Shown in pieces: positions 1 through 8,995 of a stretch of 64,000 nucleotides of DNA. Below the pieces are notes generated by a model that was given only the letters and a program-made list of their open reading frames with translations, did not search any database and was not told the DNA's origin. The DNA comes from Parasphingorhabdus sp. (GTDB lineage Bacteria > Pseudomonadota > Alphaproteobacteria > Sphingomonadales > Sphingomonadaceae), in contig NZ_JBDVPV010000001.1 in the NCBI RefSeq assembly GCF_039968395.1, positions 522,327-586,326 on the forward strand. Reading direction: 5' to 3'. How positions within the stretch are numbered: the first letter of the stretch is position 1; every line of letters begins with the position of its first letter. The position numbers and the translations under genes are program-made.

Positions 1-528
1 GGTATAGCCGCGATTTTCCATCAGCGCGTAAAATTGCGCATCTTTCGCGATTTTCTTCATCCGCTCGACCGAGCTGCCTTCGTACCAGGTTTTCTGGACT
101 TCCGCAGGGGTCTCAACGACGCGTTTGAGCCAGATACTCTGTCCGGCCATGAATGCTTTGTGATTGCCGAAAAACTTGTCGCGCCCGCCACAACGCGCCA
201 GCATGGCTGCAGTCAGATCCACAGGGTCGCGCACATAGTTGCGGACTTCGGTATTGATATGTCCTTCAGCTACAAAGACAGTTTTCAGCGGTGTGTGGGA
301 TGTGACTTCAAAGTTTGCGCAATGGTTGCACGTATAGCTCACATATTCGACGAGCTGATGCCGCGCGAGAGGGTTGCCCAATATATGTCCGCCTTTTTCG
401 GAAACGGTCACGCGCTTGGTCCAGTCCGTCTGTGCCGTTGAACTTTGCGCGGACGCCTGATGTGCCAAAGGAGCGGCCAGAAACGCTGCCGCTGCCGCTG
501 AAGCAAATACTACTGCTCCGTATTTCAT
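1..528 (-). CDS. DsbA-family thiol:disulfide oxidoreductase; the window edge cuts off the C-terminal end
   Basis: This ORF is absent from the ORF track because it runs off the window edge. My reverse-complement translation from ATG 526-528 gives MKYGAVVFASAAAAAFLAAPLAHQASAQ, a Sec signal. A thioredoxin-fold CNHC motif follows (YVSYTCNHCANF). The dsbA-like/DUF721/mutY arrangement is typical of alphaproteobacteria. Confidence 0.75.
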   Translation of the reverse strand, partial: MKYGAVVFASAAAAAFLAAPLAHQASAQSSTAQTDWTKRVTVSEKGGHILGNPLARHQLVEYVSYTCNHCANFEVTSHTPLKTVFVAEGHINTEVRNYVRDPVDLTAAMLARCGGRDKFFGNHKAFMAGQSIWLKRVVETPAEVQKTWYEGSSVERMKKIAKDAQFYALMENRGYT

Positions 529-1199
529 TCGTCGTCCTTTCGATCTTCCGGTCGGGTCCCGGACAATGACGGTTTTTCATTGCCGCCAATCTTGCCCGCG
601 ATTTCAATCCCTATTTGAGGAGCCTCTTCGGACTTGGCAATACCCGACGCCAGTGATTCCAGCACCCTGTTCAATTCCGGGTCACCAATATCCCGCAAAC
701 TATCCCCGAGTCCAAACGAAGCCGGTTTCAGCGAAGGCGGAGGCGGAACCTGCTTTTCCTTTTGTTTTCTTGTATTTACTTCGCCCTGCCTGAATCTGAC
801 CTGACTGATTGCGCCATAGCCAAAAAAGCGATTCACCCGCTCGATAATCTCTGGCGAAATATGCTGCATCAGGGTCGCATGTGCACCGGAAACCAGCAGG
901 TGCAGCGTTCCGCCCTCTTTCTCTCCGCGCGGGAAGCGGATTGATTCGGGTAACGAGACATCCGCATAGCGTTCGCCGACAATTTCAGCCCATCGGCTCA
1001 CTACACTGCTCTGGATAAAGCCATAGCGCCGAAAGGCCGCGCGCCCAATTTCCGGCATCAGATCAGAAATGCTGCGCGCTTCCCCTCCACGCGGGCGCTG
1101 ATATTTATAAAATTTCTTGGGTGCACGAGCGGACTTCGGGGGCTTGCCCTTTGCGGGATCGGATCCCTTGTCGCTACTCGTGCCATTTTCCTTCGTCAT
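525..1199 (-). CDS. DUF721-domain protein (the domain family that includes DciA-type proteins)
   Basis: This is track ORF 525..1286. I prefer the internal start MTKENG at 1199, with 1217 as an alternative, because mutY starts divergently at 1227. The conserved core RRYGF..WAEIVGE...P..FRxG.L.L.V....A..L is typical of DUF721. Confidence 0.6.
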   Translation of the reverse strand: MTKENGTSSDKGSDPAKGKPPKSARAPKKFYKYQRPRGGEARSISDLMPEIGRAAFRRYGFIQSSVVSRWAEIVGERYADVSLPESIRFPRGEKEGGTLHLLVSGAHATLMQHISPEIIERVNRFFGYGAISQVRFRQGEVNTRKQKEKQVPPPPSLKPASFGLGDSLRDIGDPELNRVLESLASGIAKSEEAPQIGIEIAGKIGGNEKPSLSGTRPEDRKDDE

Positions 1200-1226
1200 C
1201 GCGCGCGACCATGGCATAGGGAGCCT

Positions 1227-2327
1227 ATGGGCGTCGACAGAATAACGGGCAGTGCGGGTAAAATCGCTGCCAAAATCAGTGAACATTATGTGGATAACGC
1301 CCGAATTTTACCCTGGCGCGTTCCGCCGGGTCAATCTGGTGGTGGAATCTGGCCTGATCCCTATCACGTGTGGCTGTCGGAAGTGATGCTGCAGCAAACA
1401 ACGGTTGCGGCGGTGATCAGCTATTTTGAGAAATTTACGAGGCGCTGGCCAACCGTGGCTTCGCTGGCGGCGGCTGAACAGAGCGATGTTCTCGCAGCGT
1501 GGGCTGGTCTCGGATATTATGCAAGAGCACGAAATCTTCACAAATGTGCTCGCTATATCATTGATAATAAAGAAGGATTATTTCCTCAGAAAGAGTCTGA
1601 ACTTCTCGAACTTCCGGGTATCGGCCCCTATACGGCGGCAGCGATCGCAGCCATTGCCTTTGGCGAGCGTACCGTGGTTGTGGATGCCAATATTGAACGG
1701 CTGATGGCTCGCCTGTTTGCCATTGATACGCCATTGCCGGCTGGCAAGGCGGGCATCCGCGTCGCGATGGACAGGTTGACACCCGAGCAAGGTGCAGGAG
1801 ATTTTGCGCAGGCCTGCATGGATATGGGGGCAACGATCTGTACCGCCAAAACACCGCGATGCGGGGATTGCCCGGTGCAGTCTCTATGCCAGGCACATGC
1901 GCTGGGAGAGGTCGAGCGTTATCCGGTCAAACCTGCGAAGAAAACCAAGGCGGTCCGTCGGGGTCGTTTTTTCTGGATTGAAGACAACGACAATCTGCTT
2001 TTGGTGACGCGTCCGGGCAAGGGCATGCTGGCGGCAATGCGGGCGCTTCCCGATGATGGCTGGGCAGCACGCAATGACGGGTATGCAGCTGCGCCGTTCC
2101 CCGGCAAATGGGAGCTGCACGAGAATATTGTTCAGCATAGCTTCACGCATTTTTCGCTTGAGGTTGATTTGGCAGTTTATCATGGCGACAAAATCGCTAT
2201 TAACAGTCGTGATAGTAGAGAAAGGCCGATCTCCGATGCTATCTGGTGGCCAATCAGAGAGCTCGAACATGCTGGCCTGCCAACATTATTTGGCAAAGTC
2301 GTAAAATGGAAACTGAAGGAACAGTAA
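1227..2327 (+). CDS. mutY: A/G-specific adenine DNA glycosylase MutY
   Basis: The 366-aa product carries an HhH-GPD motif (LPGIGPYTAAAI), a 4Fe-4S cysteine cluster (CTAKTPRCGDCPVQSLC) and a C-terminal NUDIX-like domain. Confidence 0.9.
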   Translation: MGVDRITGSAGKIAAKISEHYVDNARILPWRVPPGQSGGGIWPDPYHVWLSEVMLQQTTVAAVISYFEKFTRRWPTVASLAAAEQSDVLAAWAGLGYYARARNLHKCARYIIDNKEGLFPQKESELLELPGIGPYTAAAIAAIAFGERTVVVDANIERLMARLFAIDTPLPAGKAGIRVAMDRLTPEQGAGDFAQACMDMGATICTAKTPRCGDCPVQSLCQAHALGEVERYPVKPAKKTKAVRRGRFFWIEDNDNLLLVTRPGKGMLAAMRALPDDGWAARNDGYAAAPFPGKWELHENIVQHSFTHFSLEVDLAVYHGDKIAINSRDSRERPISDAIWWPIRELEHAGLPTLFGKVVKWKLKEQ

Positions 2328-3664
2328 TGACCAATCCCAAGACAATATCTCCCGCATTTGACCGTCGTTCTGTTCTGGGTGCCATTGGTGCCAGCGCCTT
2401 GCTGGGCGGGACTTCTGCCACCGCTTTTGCACGATCAATGGTCAAGGACCCTGCTCGCTTTCCCGGACTGACGAAAATCATCAATGATTACGTGTCGGAG
2501 AAAAAGGTTGCAGGGATGCTGGCCGCTATCGGATATCAGCAGGAAGCACCGACTGTTATTTCAGCGGGTACGCAGAGCCTCGGCGGAACAACCCCGGTGA
2601 GCATGAAGACCTTGTGGCGTATGTATTCACAAACCAAACCGGTCACCGGAATGGCTGCGATGATGCTGGTTGAAGATGGGAAGCTCGACCTCGATCAGCC
2701 GCTGTCCGAAATTTTGCCGGAATTCAAAGATATGCAAGTTTTGGTCGATCCGGAAGGTGCGGTTGAAAATACCGTAGCGGCCAAGTCCCCCATTACGATC
2801 CGTCAGCTGCAGACACATACTGCGGGATTGGGCTACACGATTATTTCCAAAGGCCCGATCCAAAAGGCATATCTCGCTGCGGGGCTAACCCCCGGGCGGG
2901 TTAGCCGCAATCCGATACCGGGTGTTGATCCCGGCGCACCGACACCGGACCTCAAGACTTTTATCGAGCGGCTGGCAGAATTGCCGCTGGTGTATCAACC
3001 GGGTTCCAAATGGAGCTATTCGCTGAGCCATGATGTGCTGAGCTATGTGATCGAGGTCATTTCCGGAAAATCACTCGACGCGTTTTTGCAGGAGCGCATG
3101 TTCGGACCGCTTGGCATGAACGACATGTTCTATCAGGTGCCGGCTGACCGTGTCGGGGACCTTGCCGACAATTATGCGCCTTTTGCAGGATCGCTCTTCC
3201 CGATTGATCCCGGCGCCACCAGCATATATCTCGACGCTCCCGCTTTTGCTTTTGGGAGCACTGGCCTGGTGGGAACGGCAGCGGACTATGACAAGTTTCT
3301 CCAGATGCTGCTCGGATTTGGGCGCCTCGGGGATGTCCAGGTGATGAAACCGGAAACCGCAAAACTGGGCATGTCCAACCTGTTGCCCGCAACAGCTGAT
3401 CTGTCGGGCACATGGGTTGCCAAACAGGGCTTTGGTGCCGGTGGTCGTGTCGGACTGGGCACGGCGGCAAGTCCAGCCGGTACATTTGGTTGGGGCGGCG
3501 CAGCCGGAACTGCGGCATTTGTCGATACCAAAAACGGATTCCGGGCAGGGGGCTATACGCAATATATTCCTTCGAACAGCTATCCGTTCCAGTCCGAATT
3601 CCCGAAATATGTATATGCCGATCTGCTTGGCGCAGATGCGGTCGAAGGAAAGACCAGCCCGTGA
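2327..3664 (+). CDS. Beta-lactamase-fold serine hydrolase with a twin-arginine signal
   Basis: The start ATG overlaps the mutY stop (TAATG at 2325-2329). The N-terminus has a Tat-like DRRSVLGAIGASALL, and an SxxK motif (SQTK) is present. The track ORF from 2246 is an upstream extension that overlaps mutY. Confidence 0.8.
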   Translation: MTNPKTISPAFDRRSVLGAIGASALLGGTSATAFARSMVKDPARFPGLTKIINDYVSEKKVAGMLAAIGYQQEAPTVISAGTQSLGGTTPVSMKTLWRMYSQTKPVTGMAAMMLVEDGKLDLDQPLSEILPEFKDMQVLVDPEGAVENTVAAKSPITIRQLQTHTAGLGYTIISKGPIQKAYLAAGLTPGRVSRNPIPGVDPGAPTPDLKTFIERLAELPLVYQPGSKWSYSLSHDVLSYVIEVISGKSLDAFLQERMFGPLGMNDMFYQVPADRVGDLADNYAPFAGSLFPIDPGATSIYLDAPAFAFGSTGLVGTAADYDKFLQMLLGFGRLGDVQVMKPETAKLGMSNLLPATADLSGTWVAKQGFGAGGRVGLGTAASPAGTFGWGGAAGTAAFVDTKNGFRAGGYTQYIPSNSYPFQSEFPKYVYADLLGADAVEGKTSP

Positions 3665-3696
3665 ATCAAATTGTACCGGCCTTTGCAGGCGGCACC

Positions 3697-4557
3697 ATGG
3701 ACCGGGCCGATCAGGTCCGGGTCAATCCCGAAAAATTGCGTGAAGCGATTATGCGGCCCAACGCGCGGCTGCTCAAGCTTGACGGTCTCAATCCCGTTTT
3801 TGACAATCAGGGTGATCTTGCCTGGGGAGCTGCTTACGAGGCGTCGCCTGACAATGATCTGCTGTTGCTGGGAGTGGATGGCGATACACCCTGCTTCGCG
3901 GAGCTGAATGGCGGCGGCAATTCCGGACCCGCCTCAGATCCCCGGCTTTGGCAGGCGTTGGGTGCTCTCTCTCCCGACCAGGCGGCTGTCTATGCGACGG
4001 CGCGCAGTCTGGTTGACTGGCATGCACGCCATAAATTCTGCGCGCAATGCGGCAAACCTACGTCTTCGCGAAAAGGCGGCTGGGCACGGCAATGCGACAA
4101 GGATGATGGCGGATGTGGTGCGGAACATTTTCCGCGGACAGATCCGGTGGCGATCATGTTGTCGGAATGTGAAGGCAAAGTGCTGCTGGGGCGTCAACCG
4201 ATGTTTCCGCACAAGCGTTTTTCAGCGCTGGCCGGTTTTATCGAACCCGGCGAAAGTATCGAGGGCGGCGTGAAGCGCGAACTCTGGGAAGAAGCCGGAA
4301 TCAAGGTTCGTGATGTGCAATATGTTGCGAGTCAGCCATGGCCGTTTCCGTCATCCCTGATGATGGCTTGCACCAGCATCACGGACGATCCGAAATTGAC
4401 TCTGGACGAAGAAGAAATTGAGGAAGCCCACTGGTTCTCGCTCGACGAAGTGAAAGCTTCGATGAACGGAGATCCGGACGCGCCGTTTATAGCCCCGCCG
4501 CCATTTGCGATTGCCTACAACTTGCTGGTGCACTGGCTGGACGGGCAAGACAGCTAG
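3697..4557 (+). CDS. nudC: NAD(+) diphosphatase / NADH pyrophosphatase NudC
   Basis: The product has a zinc ribbon (FCAQCG...C..DDGGC) followed by a Nudix box (GFIEPGESIEGGVKRELWEEAGI). An alternative GTG start at 3661 would overlap the upstream stop (GTGA). Track ORF 3412.. is an out-of-context extension. Confidence 0.8.
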   Translation: MDRADQVRVNPEKLREAIMRPNARLLKLDGLNPVFDNQGDLAWGAAYEASPDNDLLLLGVDGDTPCFAELNGGGNSGPASDPRLWQALGALSPDQAAVYATARSLVDWHARHKFCAQCGKPTSSRKGGWARQCDKDDGGCGAEHFPRTDPVAIMLSECEGKVLLGRQPMFPHKRFSALAGFIEPGESIEGGVKRELWEEAGIKVRDVQYVASQPWPFPSSLMMACTSITDDPKLTLDEEEIEEAHWFSLDEVKASMNGDPDAPFIAPPPFAIAYNLLVHWLDGQDS

Positions 4558-4587
4558 CGAATAGTCCAACCCGCCCGGTTTGCGAGA

Positions 4588-5397
4588 TCAGTTCTTGGTT
4601 GGCGGTGCTCCCGGGAAAGTTGCGCGCTTGTCCGACGGTGGATGCTGAACAGGTGGCAGCATGCCGGGAACGGGCCCGGGCGTGGCGAGCGCCCGCATTT
4701 TCTTGTACGCCGGTCTTTCAACAATCTTTGCATTCCAGGCGACGACATTCGGGAATTGCTCTGAATCAACAAGGTTCAATCTGAAGGCAACATTGAGCGG
4801 CCAGTGCATCATAATGTCCGCAGATGAAAATTCCGGTCCGCCAAACCACGGATTTTCTCCGAGATAATCTTCGGCATATTGCACAACATTTTCACTGTCG
4901 ACCAAGGGAGATCGAACCTTTGGAGGATTGACACGCCAGGCGCGATAGTCGCTGAACAGACGAGCGGCCAGCGAACCTTCTGCATAATGCATCCATTTAA
5001 CATGATGCGGATAAGCCCGGCTTGCGGTGGGCGGGACCAGTTTGCCCGGCGCATGCCGCATCAAAATCGTATCGATAATCGCACCGGATTCGACGATGAT
5101 GTCATCACCATAGACCACCGTCGGTGCCATCGGCATGCCATGTCCCAGTGCCTTGATCTGAGCCATCGAAGCGCCCAAATCGCCTTTCACATATTTCAGC
5201 TCGTAAGGCAGTTCGAGTTCTTCCATCAGCCAGATAATGCGCTCTGACCGTCGACCTTCGAGATGATAAATTGTTACATCCGGCATCGGGGCAGCCTTTT
5301 CCATATCACTTGTTGCAGTCGATGTGTCGGCATTCTGCGCAGCTGCACCCGAGCTTGCGAGGCTCAAGGCCACCAGACTTGCGGTAAAAAGGCTCAT
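4588..5397 (-). CDS. Glutathione S-transferase family protein with an apparent N-terminal signal peptide
   Basis: The GST N-domain (IYHLEGRRSERIIWLMEELELPYEL) and C-domain are both recognisable. Start 5397 is preceded by GGGAGA 8 nt upstream. The N-terminus reads MSLFTASLVALSLASSGAAAQ. Confidence 0.75.
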   Translation of the reverse strand: MSLFTASLVALSLASSGAAAQNADTSTATSDMEKAAPMPDVTIYHLEGRRSERIIWLMEELELPYELKYVKGDLGASMAQIKALGHGMPMAPTVVYGDDIIVESGAIIDTILMRHAPGKLVPPTASRAYPHHVKWMHYAEGSLAARLFSDYRAWRVNPPKVRSPLVDSENVVQYAEDYLGENPWFGGPEFSSADIMMHWPLNVAFRLNLVDSEQFPNVVAWNAKIVERPAYKKMRALATPGPVPGMLPPVQHPPSDKRATFPGAPPTKN

Positions 5398-5516
5398 CAA
5401 TTTTTCTCCCAAAGCTCCGCTTGATTCGCGGTTCGTCGCAATAGTGCACTGCCTTGGATGAATTGGCAAAGCCGGATTATCGCATCAGTATTGTCATCGC
5501 CGAGAATGCGGGAATC

Positions 5517-6902
5517 TCAGGCTTTCAGACTTTCCCAAGGGCCAGTGATCGCGAAGGTCATCCCGGGTTGCTGCACATTGACGAACATGGTCTTTCCGTC
5601 GGGAGAAAAGCAAGCACCGCAAAATTCATTTTCGTCATCATGCGCATTGCGGGCAAAATCATATATCTGGCCTTCCGGTGTCAGACCGCGCAGATACTGG
5701 CTGCCCATGCCATCTTCGCACAAAATCAGGTCTCCCCATGGGGCCAGTGCCATATTGTCGCACAGATCAAGCACATCGGAACTTGGGGATTCATAGAGCA
5801 TCGTCAGCTTTCCAGTGGCACCGGGAGTATATCGCCAGACTTGTCCGGACCGCGTCGCTCCGCCTTGCGTGCAATTGAAGAATATCTCACCCGTGTTGCT
5901 TCCCGGGCGCAGGCCGTAGGCCATGCCTTCTCCCCGACAGAAATATGCTGCGCCGGCGTTGTGGCCGCGGACTGCCAAATCGGCATTGGGCGATTCGACG
6001 TCATCCATGTCAATCCAGTAGGTTTCATACTCGACACCAGCCTTGACGCGCCCGGCACCGCCACCGCCCCAATCCAGAGGCCAGTTGTTGGTATTTGCAG
6101 ATTCCCAACCCGTGATTGCAAGCGCTTGCAGTCGGCCGCCTTTTTCCAATTGCCCTGGCGTGTCTGGAATGAACCGGTAAAATAGTCCGTTGCGATTATC
6201 TTCGGTCAGATAAACAATGCCGGTCTCGGGATCGACCGCCGCTGCTTCATGAGCAAAGCGGCCCATCGCCTTGAGTGGCACTGGATCGATCAGCCCGGTT
6301 GCAGATGAAGGTGTCTCAAAGACAAACCCGTGATGCTTGCCGGGGCCTTCTTCCGGTTTCAGCATCTCTTCTTCGCAAGTCAGCCAGGATCCCCACGGCG
6401 TCGCTCCGCCTGCGCAATTGGCGGCGGTTCCGGTCAGCACCAGAAAATCAGATTCAATCTGCCCGGTTTTGAGATTATACACCATCTTGCTGACACCGCC
6501 GAAAAACGGGCTGCCATCCGCCTTTTTGTCGTAAAGCTTGCCGGGAGCCAGTTTACCGAGAAGCTCATTATTCGGTCCGAAAGGGCTTCCATCCTCTACA
6601 CTGAGCCAGTTTTCGTGATTGCACATCAACACGCATTTGTCGGAAGACGGGGGATGGGAAAAACACGCCATGCCGTCCGCACGTCCGGGGCGCAGAAATC
6701 CATCGGACATTTCTTCACCGGCTTTTGCGATCAGACGGTAGGAGAACCCCTCGGGCAAATCCAGCAATCCCGCGGAATCAGGCATGAGCTTGACTGCGGA
6801 ATTGTCACTGTGCGCCCGGACTGCCGAGGATAAGGGAAACGCCGCGTAGAAAAGGCCTATCATTTGTGCCCGTCGGACAAAATCGCGTCGTGAAATGTTC
6901 AT
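5517..6902 (-). CDS. DUF839 / PhoX-like secreted beta-propeller protein with a Tat signal
   Basis: The N-terminus MNISRRDFVRRAQMIGLF is a twin-arginine signal. The rest is a Gly/Asp-rich propeller-like sequence typical of PhoX-family (DUF839) proteins. At 461 aa it is shorter than classical PhoX. Confidence 0.6.
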   Translation of the reverse strand: MNISRRDFVRRAQMIGLFYAAFPLSSAVRAHSDNSAVKLMPDSAGLLDLPEGFSYRLIAKAGEEMSDGFLRPGRADGMACFSHPPSSDKCVLMCNHENWLSVEDGSPFGPNNELLGKLAPGKLYDKKADGSPFFGGVSKMVYNLKTGQIESDFLVLTGTAANCAGGATPWGSWLTCEEEMLKPEEGPGKHHGFVFETPSSATGLIDPVPLKAMGRFAHEAAAVDPETGIVYLTEDNRNGLFYRFIPDTPGQLEKGGRLQALAITGWESANTNNWPLDWGGGGAGRVKAGVEYETYWIDMDDVESPNADLAVRGHNAGAAYFCRGEGMAYGLRPGSNTGEIFFNCTQGGATRSGQVWRYTPGATGKLTMLYESPSSDVLDLCDNMALAPWGDLILCEDGMGSQYLRGLTPEGQIYDFARNAHDDENEFCGACFSPDGKTMFVNVQQPGMTFAITGPWESLKA

Positions 6903-7013
6903 CTGAATTCCCCTGTTTGCATACGTAATGCGCCGAGAATAATGTGCGTTTTTGTCAAGAACAGCATTTTTCTGCGAACAACGTTTCTGGCTGGTCGAGA
7001 TGCGATGGGCAGG

Positions 7014-7427
7014 TCAAACCAGGCCGAGCTTTGACAGCTCACCCAGCATTTCTGCCGGCATTTCCGTCGCGCCTTCCGCTCCGGAACCAAGATCCGGCGG
7101 TGCATCCTTTTCTTCAAGATAGCGCCAGCCCTGATGGGCTCGGCGGGGGATGGTCTGCACGGCGATCAGCTTTGGTTCTAGCCGGATCCATTGCCGGCCC
7201 TCTCCGTTATCCTGAAACCCGATGATTGGACTGCGTCCGACAATTTTCTTCTGGTGTATCCAGAACAGCGACCCGCCCGCCATTTCCTCGAAGCGCTTCG
7301 GCTTGTAGCGGGTTGTAAGCCGGGCTTCCCCATTGGTTGCGGCATTGTCGACGTGGGATTCCAGCCAGCGCCGCAATGTCGCGGGGCTTTCACTGCGAAA
7401 AGCGATTTTGGTTATGTTGAGCGGCAT
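7014..7427 (-). CDS. DUF1489 family protein
   Basis: The 137-aa product begins MPLNITKIAF..ES...L..W and contains GGSLFW. It resembles the conserved alphaproteobacterial DUF1489 family. Confidence 0.65.
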   Translation of the reverse strand: MPLNITKIAFRSESPATLRRWLESHVDNAATNGEARLTTRYKPKRFEEMAGGSLFWIHQKKIVGRSPIIGFQDNGEGRQWIRLEPKLIAVQTIPRRAHQGWRYLEEKDAPPDLGSGAEGATEMPAEMLGELSKLGLV

Positions 7428-7534
7428 CCGCTTTATCTGTGGGGAGTGGCCGGGTTAGTCAAGCATCGAAATGGACTTGCTCCGGATCGCCAACCGGTCA
7501 ATGAAGGGAGGAAACCACAAAGAGGGATGAGGAT

Positions 7535-8458
7535 ATGAATTTGCGAACATTGTTAGCCACAGGATTGGCGATTTGCGCATTGGCAGGACCGGGGCTGGCA
7601 GAGCATCACAAGACATCACCCTATGGCGCAGACGATACAATAGGCGCTGCCAATAACCTCAGTGCGGAAGGCGTGCTGGCGGCAACGAAACTGGTCAAGA
7701 CCGGAAAGACCTATGCGCTTGGTCTGATCACCGGTCGCGATACTCCGGCTTATCCCGGACGGGCCTATGACATTGAGGTGTTCGGATTTCCGGAGGCTGG
7801 CGCCAACAAGGTTTCCGGGCATGATGACAGGCTGGTGACCCATGTCGGGATCGGGTCGCAGCTCGATGGTTTCGGTCATATGGCGCTGAACAAGACCCAC
7901 TATAACGGGATAAAGTCAGCTGATATATTTGACCCCAAGGGCTTGAAGAAACTGGGCACGGAACATGTGCCTCCGATTGTAACGCGCGGTGTGATGATTG
8001 ATATGGCGGCACATCGCGGTGTCGAGCGGCTCGCACCTATGGCATCCTTTGGTGAAGCGGATATCAAGGCGGCGGCAAAAGCACAGGGTATCGCTATCGG
8101 CAAGGGCGACGTGGTTTTATTCCATACTGGCTGGCTAAGCATGGCGGAAGAGGATCCCAAAGCCTTTATCGAGCAGCAGCCGGGACTGAATGCCCAAGGC
8201 GCACGTTATCTGGCCAATCTGGGAGTGGTTGCAGTCGGCGCGGATAGCGCGGCTTTGGAAACCATGGACTTTGGTACTGAAGGCATATTGTTCCCGGTCC
8301 ACACGACCTTGCTTGTGGAGCACGGAATCTATGTGCTTGAATCGATGAACACCACAGAATTGGCGAAAGACAAAGCCTATGAATTTCTGTTCGTTCTCGG
8401 TCAGCCCCGCTTTGCCGGATCGGTACAGGCGGTGATAAATCCTATCGCCATAAGATAG
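7535..8458 (+). CDS. Cyclase family protein (kynurenine-formamidase-like fold) with a signal peptide
   Basis: The signal is MNLRTLLATGLAICALAGPGLA. The His/Asp-rich metal motif region (THVGIGSQLDGFGHM) and the overall layout fit the putative cyclase family. Confidence 0.7.
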   Translation: MNLRTLLATGLAICALAGPGLAEHHKTSPYGADDTIGAANNLSAEGVLAATKLVKTGKTYALGLITGRDTPAYPGRAYDIEVFGFPEAGANKVSGHDDRLVTHVGIGSQLDGFGHMALNKTHYNGIKSADIFDPKGLKKLGTEHVPPIVTRGVMIDMAAHRGVERLAPMASFGEADIKAAAKAQGIAIGKGDVVLFHTGWLSMAEEDPKAFIEQQPGLNAQGARYLANLGVVAVGADSAALETMDFGTEGILFPVHTTLLVEHGIYVLESMNTTELAKDKAYEFLFVLGQPRFAGSVQAVINPIAIR

Positions 8459-8509
8459 CGGGAACGGCGAATTGAAGGCGGCACAGGATTAACCGTCATA
8501 ATCTTTGTT

Positions 8510-8528
8510 GCAAATGATTATCAATAGC
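8510..8528. promoter_or_regulatory. Candidate Fur box
   Basis: GCAAATGATTATCAATAGC matches 14 of 19 positions of the classical GATAATGATAATCATTATC consensus. It ends 38 bp upstream of the 8567 start codon. Confidence 0.4.
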
Positions 8529-8566
8529 ATAATATAGTTTCGAATCATCGAGAGGAGAAGCTGTTT

Positions 8567-8995
8567 ATGGGTGTCTGGACTGCAAGTATTGCGAAATTGC
8601 AGGCTCAATTGCCTGATCTGTTGTCGCTATCCGGAGCTGAGGCGCGGATTTTGCTGGCGTTGCGGCATGCGGTGATCTGCCACAAGCTGGGACGGAATCC
8701 GCGACCCGGCCTCGAAGAGAAACTGGGCAGCGGACTCGCGGTGACCCGCTTTCTTATCGTCATCGAAACAGTTGGAAGTGCCTGGCCGGAGAACTTTCAC
8801 ATCGGCCGTACCTGCTGCCCGTGCACGACGCCCGACGAGATATTATTGTTGCAGATGATCCGGCTTGGTGGTGCCGGAAACCGGCCCGCTTTTGATCGTC
8901 TGATCATGGAGATGATCGGCGACAGTGAAAGAAACCGCATCTTCATTGATATCAGCAATTTTGCGGCGTCGTATGGACCACAGGCGACGGATTAA
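8567..8995 (+). CDS. Hypothetical protein, 142 aa, with a CCPC motif
   Basis: The ORF has a GGAGAAG RBS 7 nt upstream. I recognise no family. The product contains RTCCPCTTPDE. Confidence 0.55.
   Translation: MGVWTASIAKLQAQLPDLLSLSGAEARILLALRHAVICHKLGRNPRPGLEEKLGSGLAVTRFLIVIETVGSAWPENFHIGRTCCPCTTPDEILLLQMIRLGGAGNRPAFDRLIMEMIGDSERNRIFIDISNFAASYGPQATD

Noticed and set aside
1289-1297. A perfect DnaA box, TGTGGATAA (reverse complement TTATCCACA).
   Set aside because: It is a single copy inside the mutY coding sequence with no cluster of boxes or AT-rich unwinding element. One 9-mer hit in 64 kb on both strands is about what chance predicts.
3412-3696. The upstream extension of the nudC ORF, and likewise 2246-2326 for the serine hydrolase.
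   Set aside because: Both extensions overlap the preceding, well-supported CDS in another frame and are Cys/Arg/Trp rich. The true starts coincide with the stop codons of the upstream genes.
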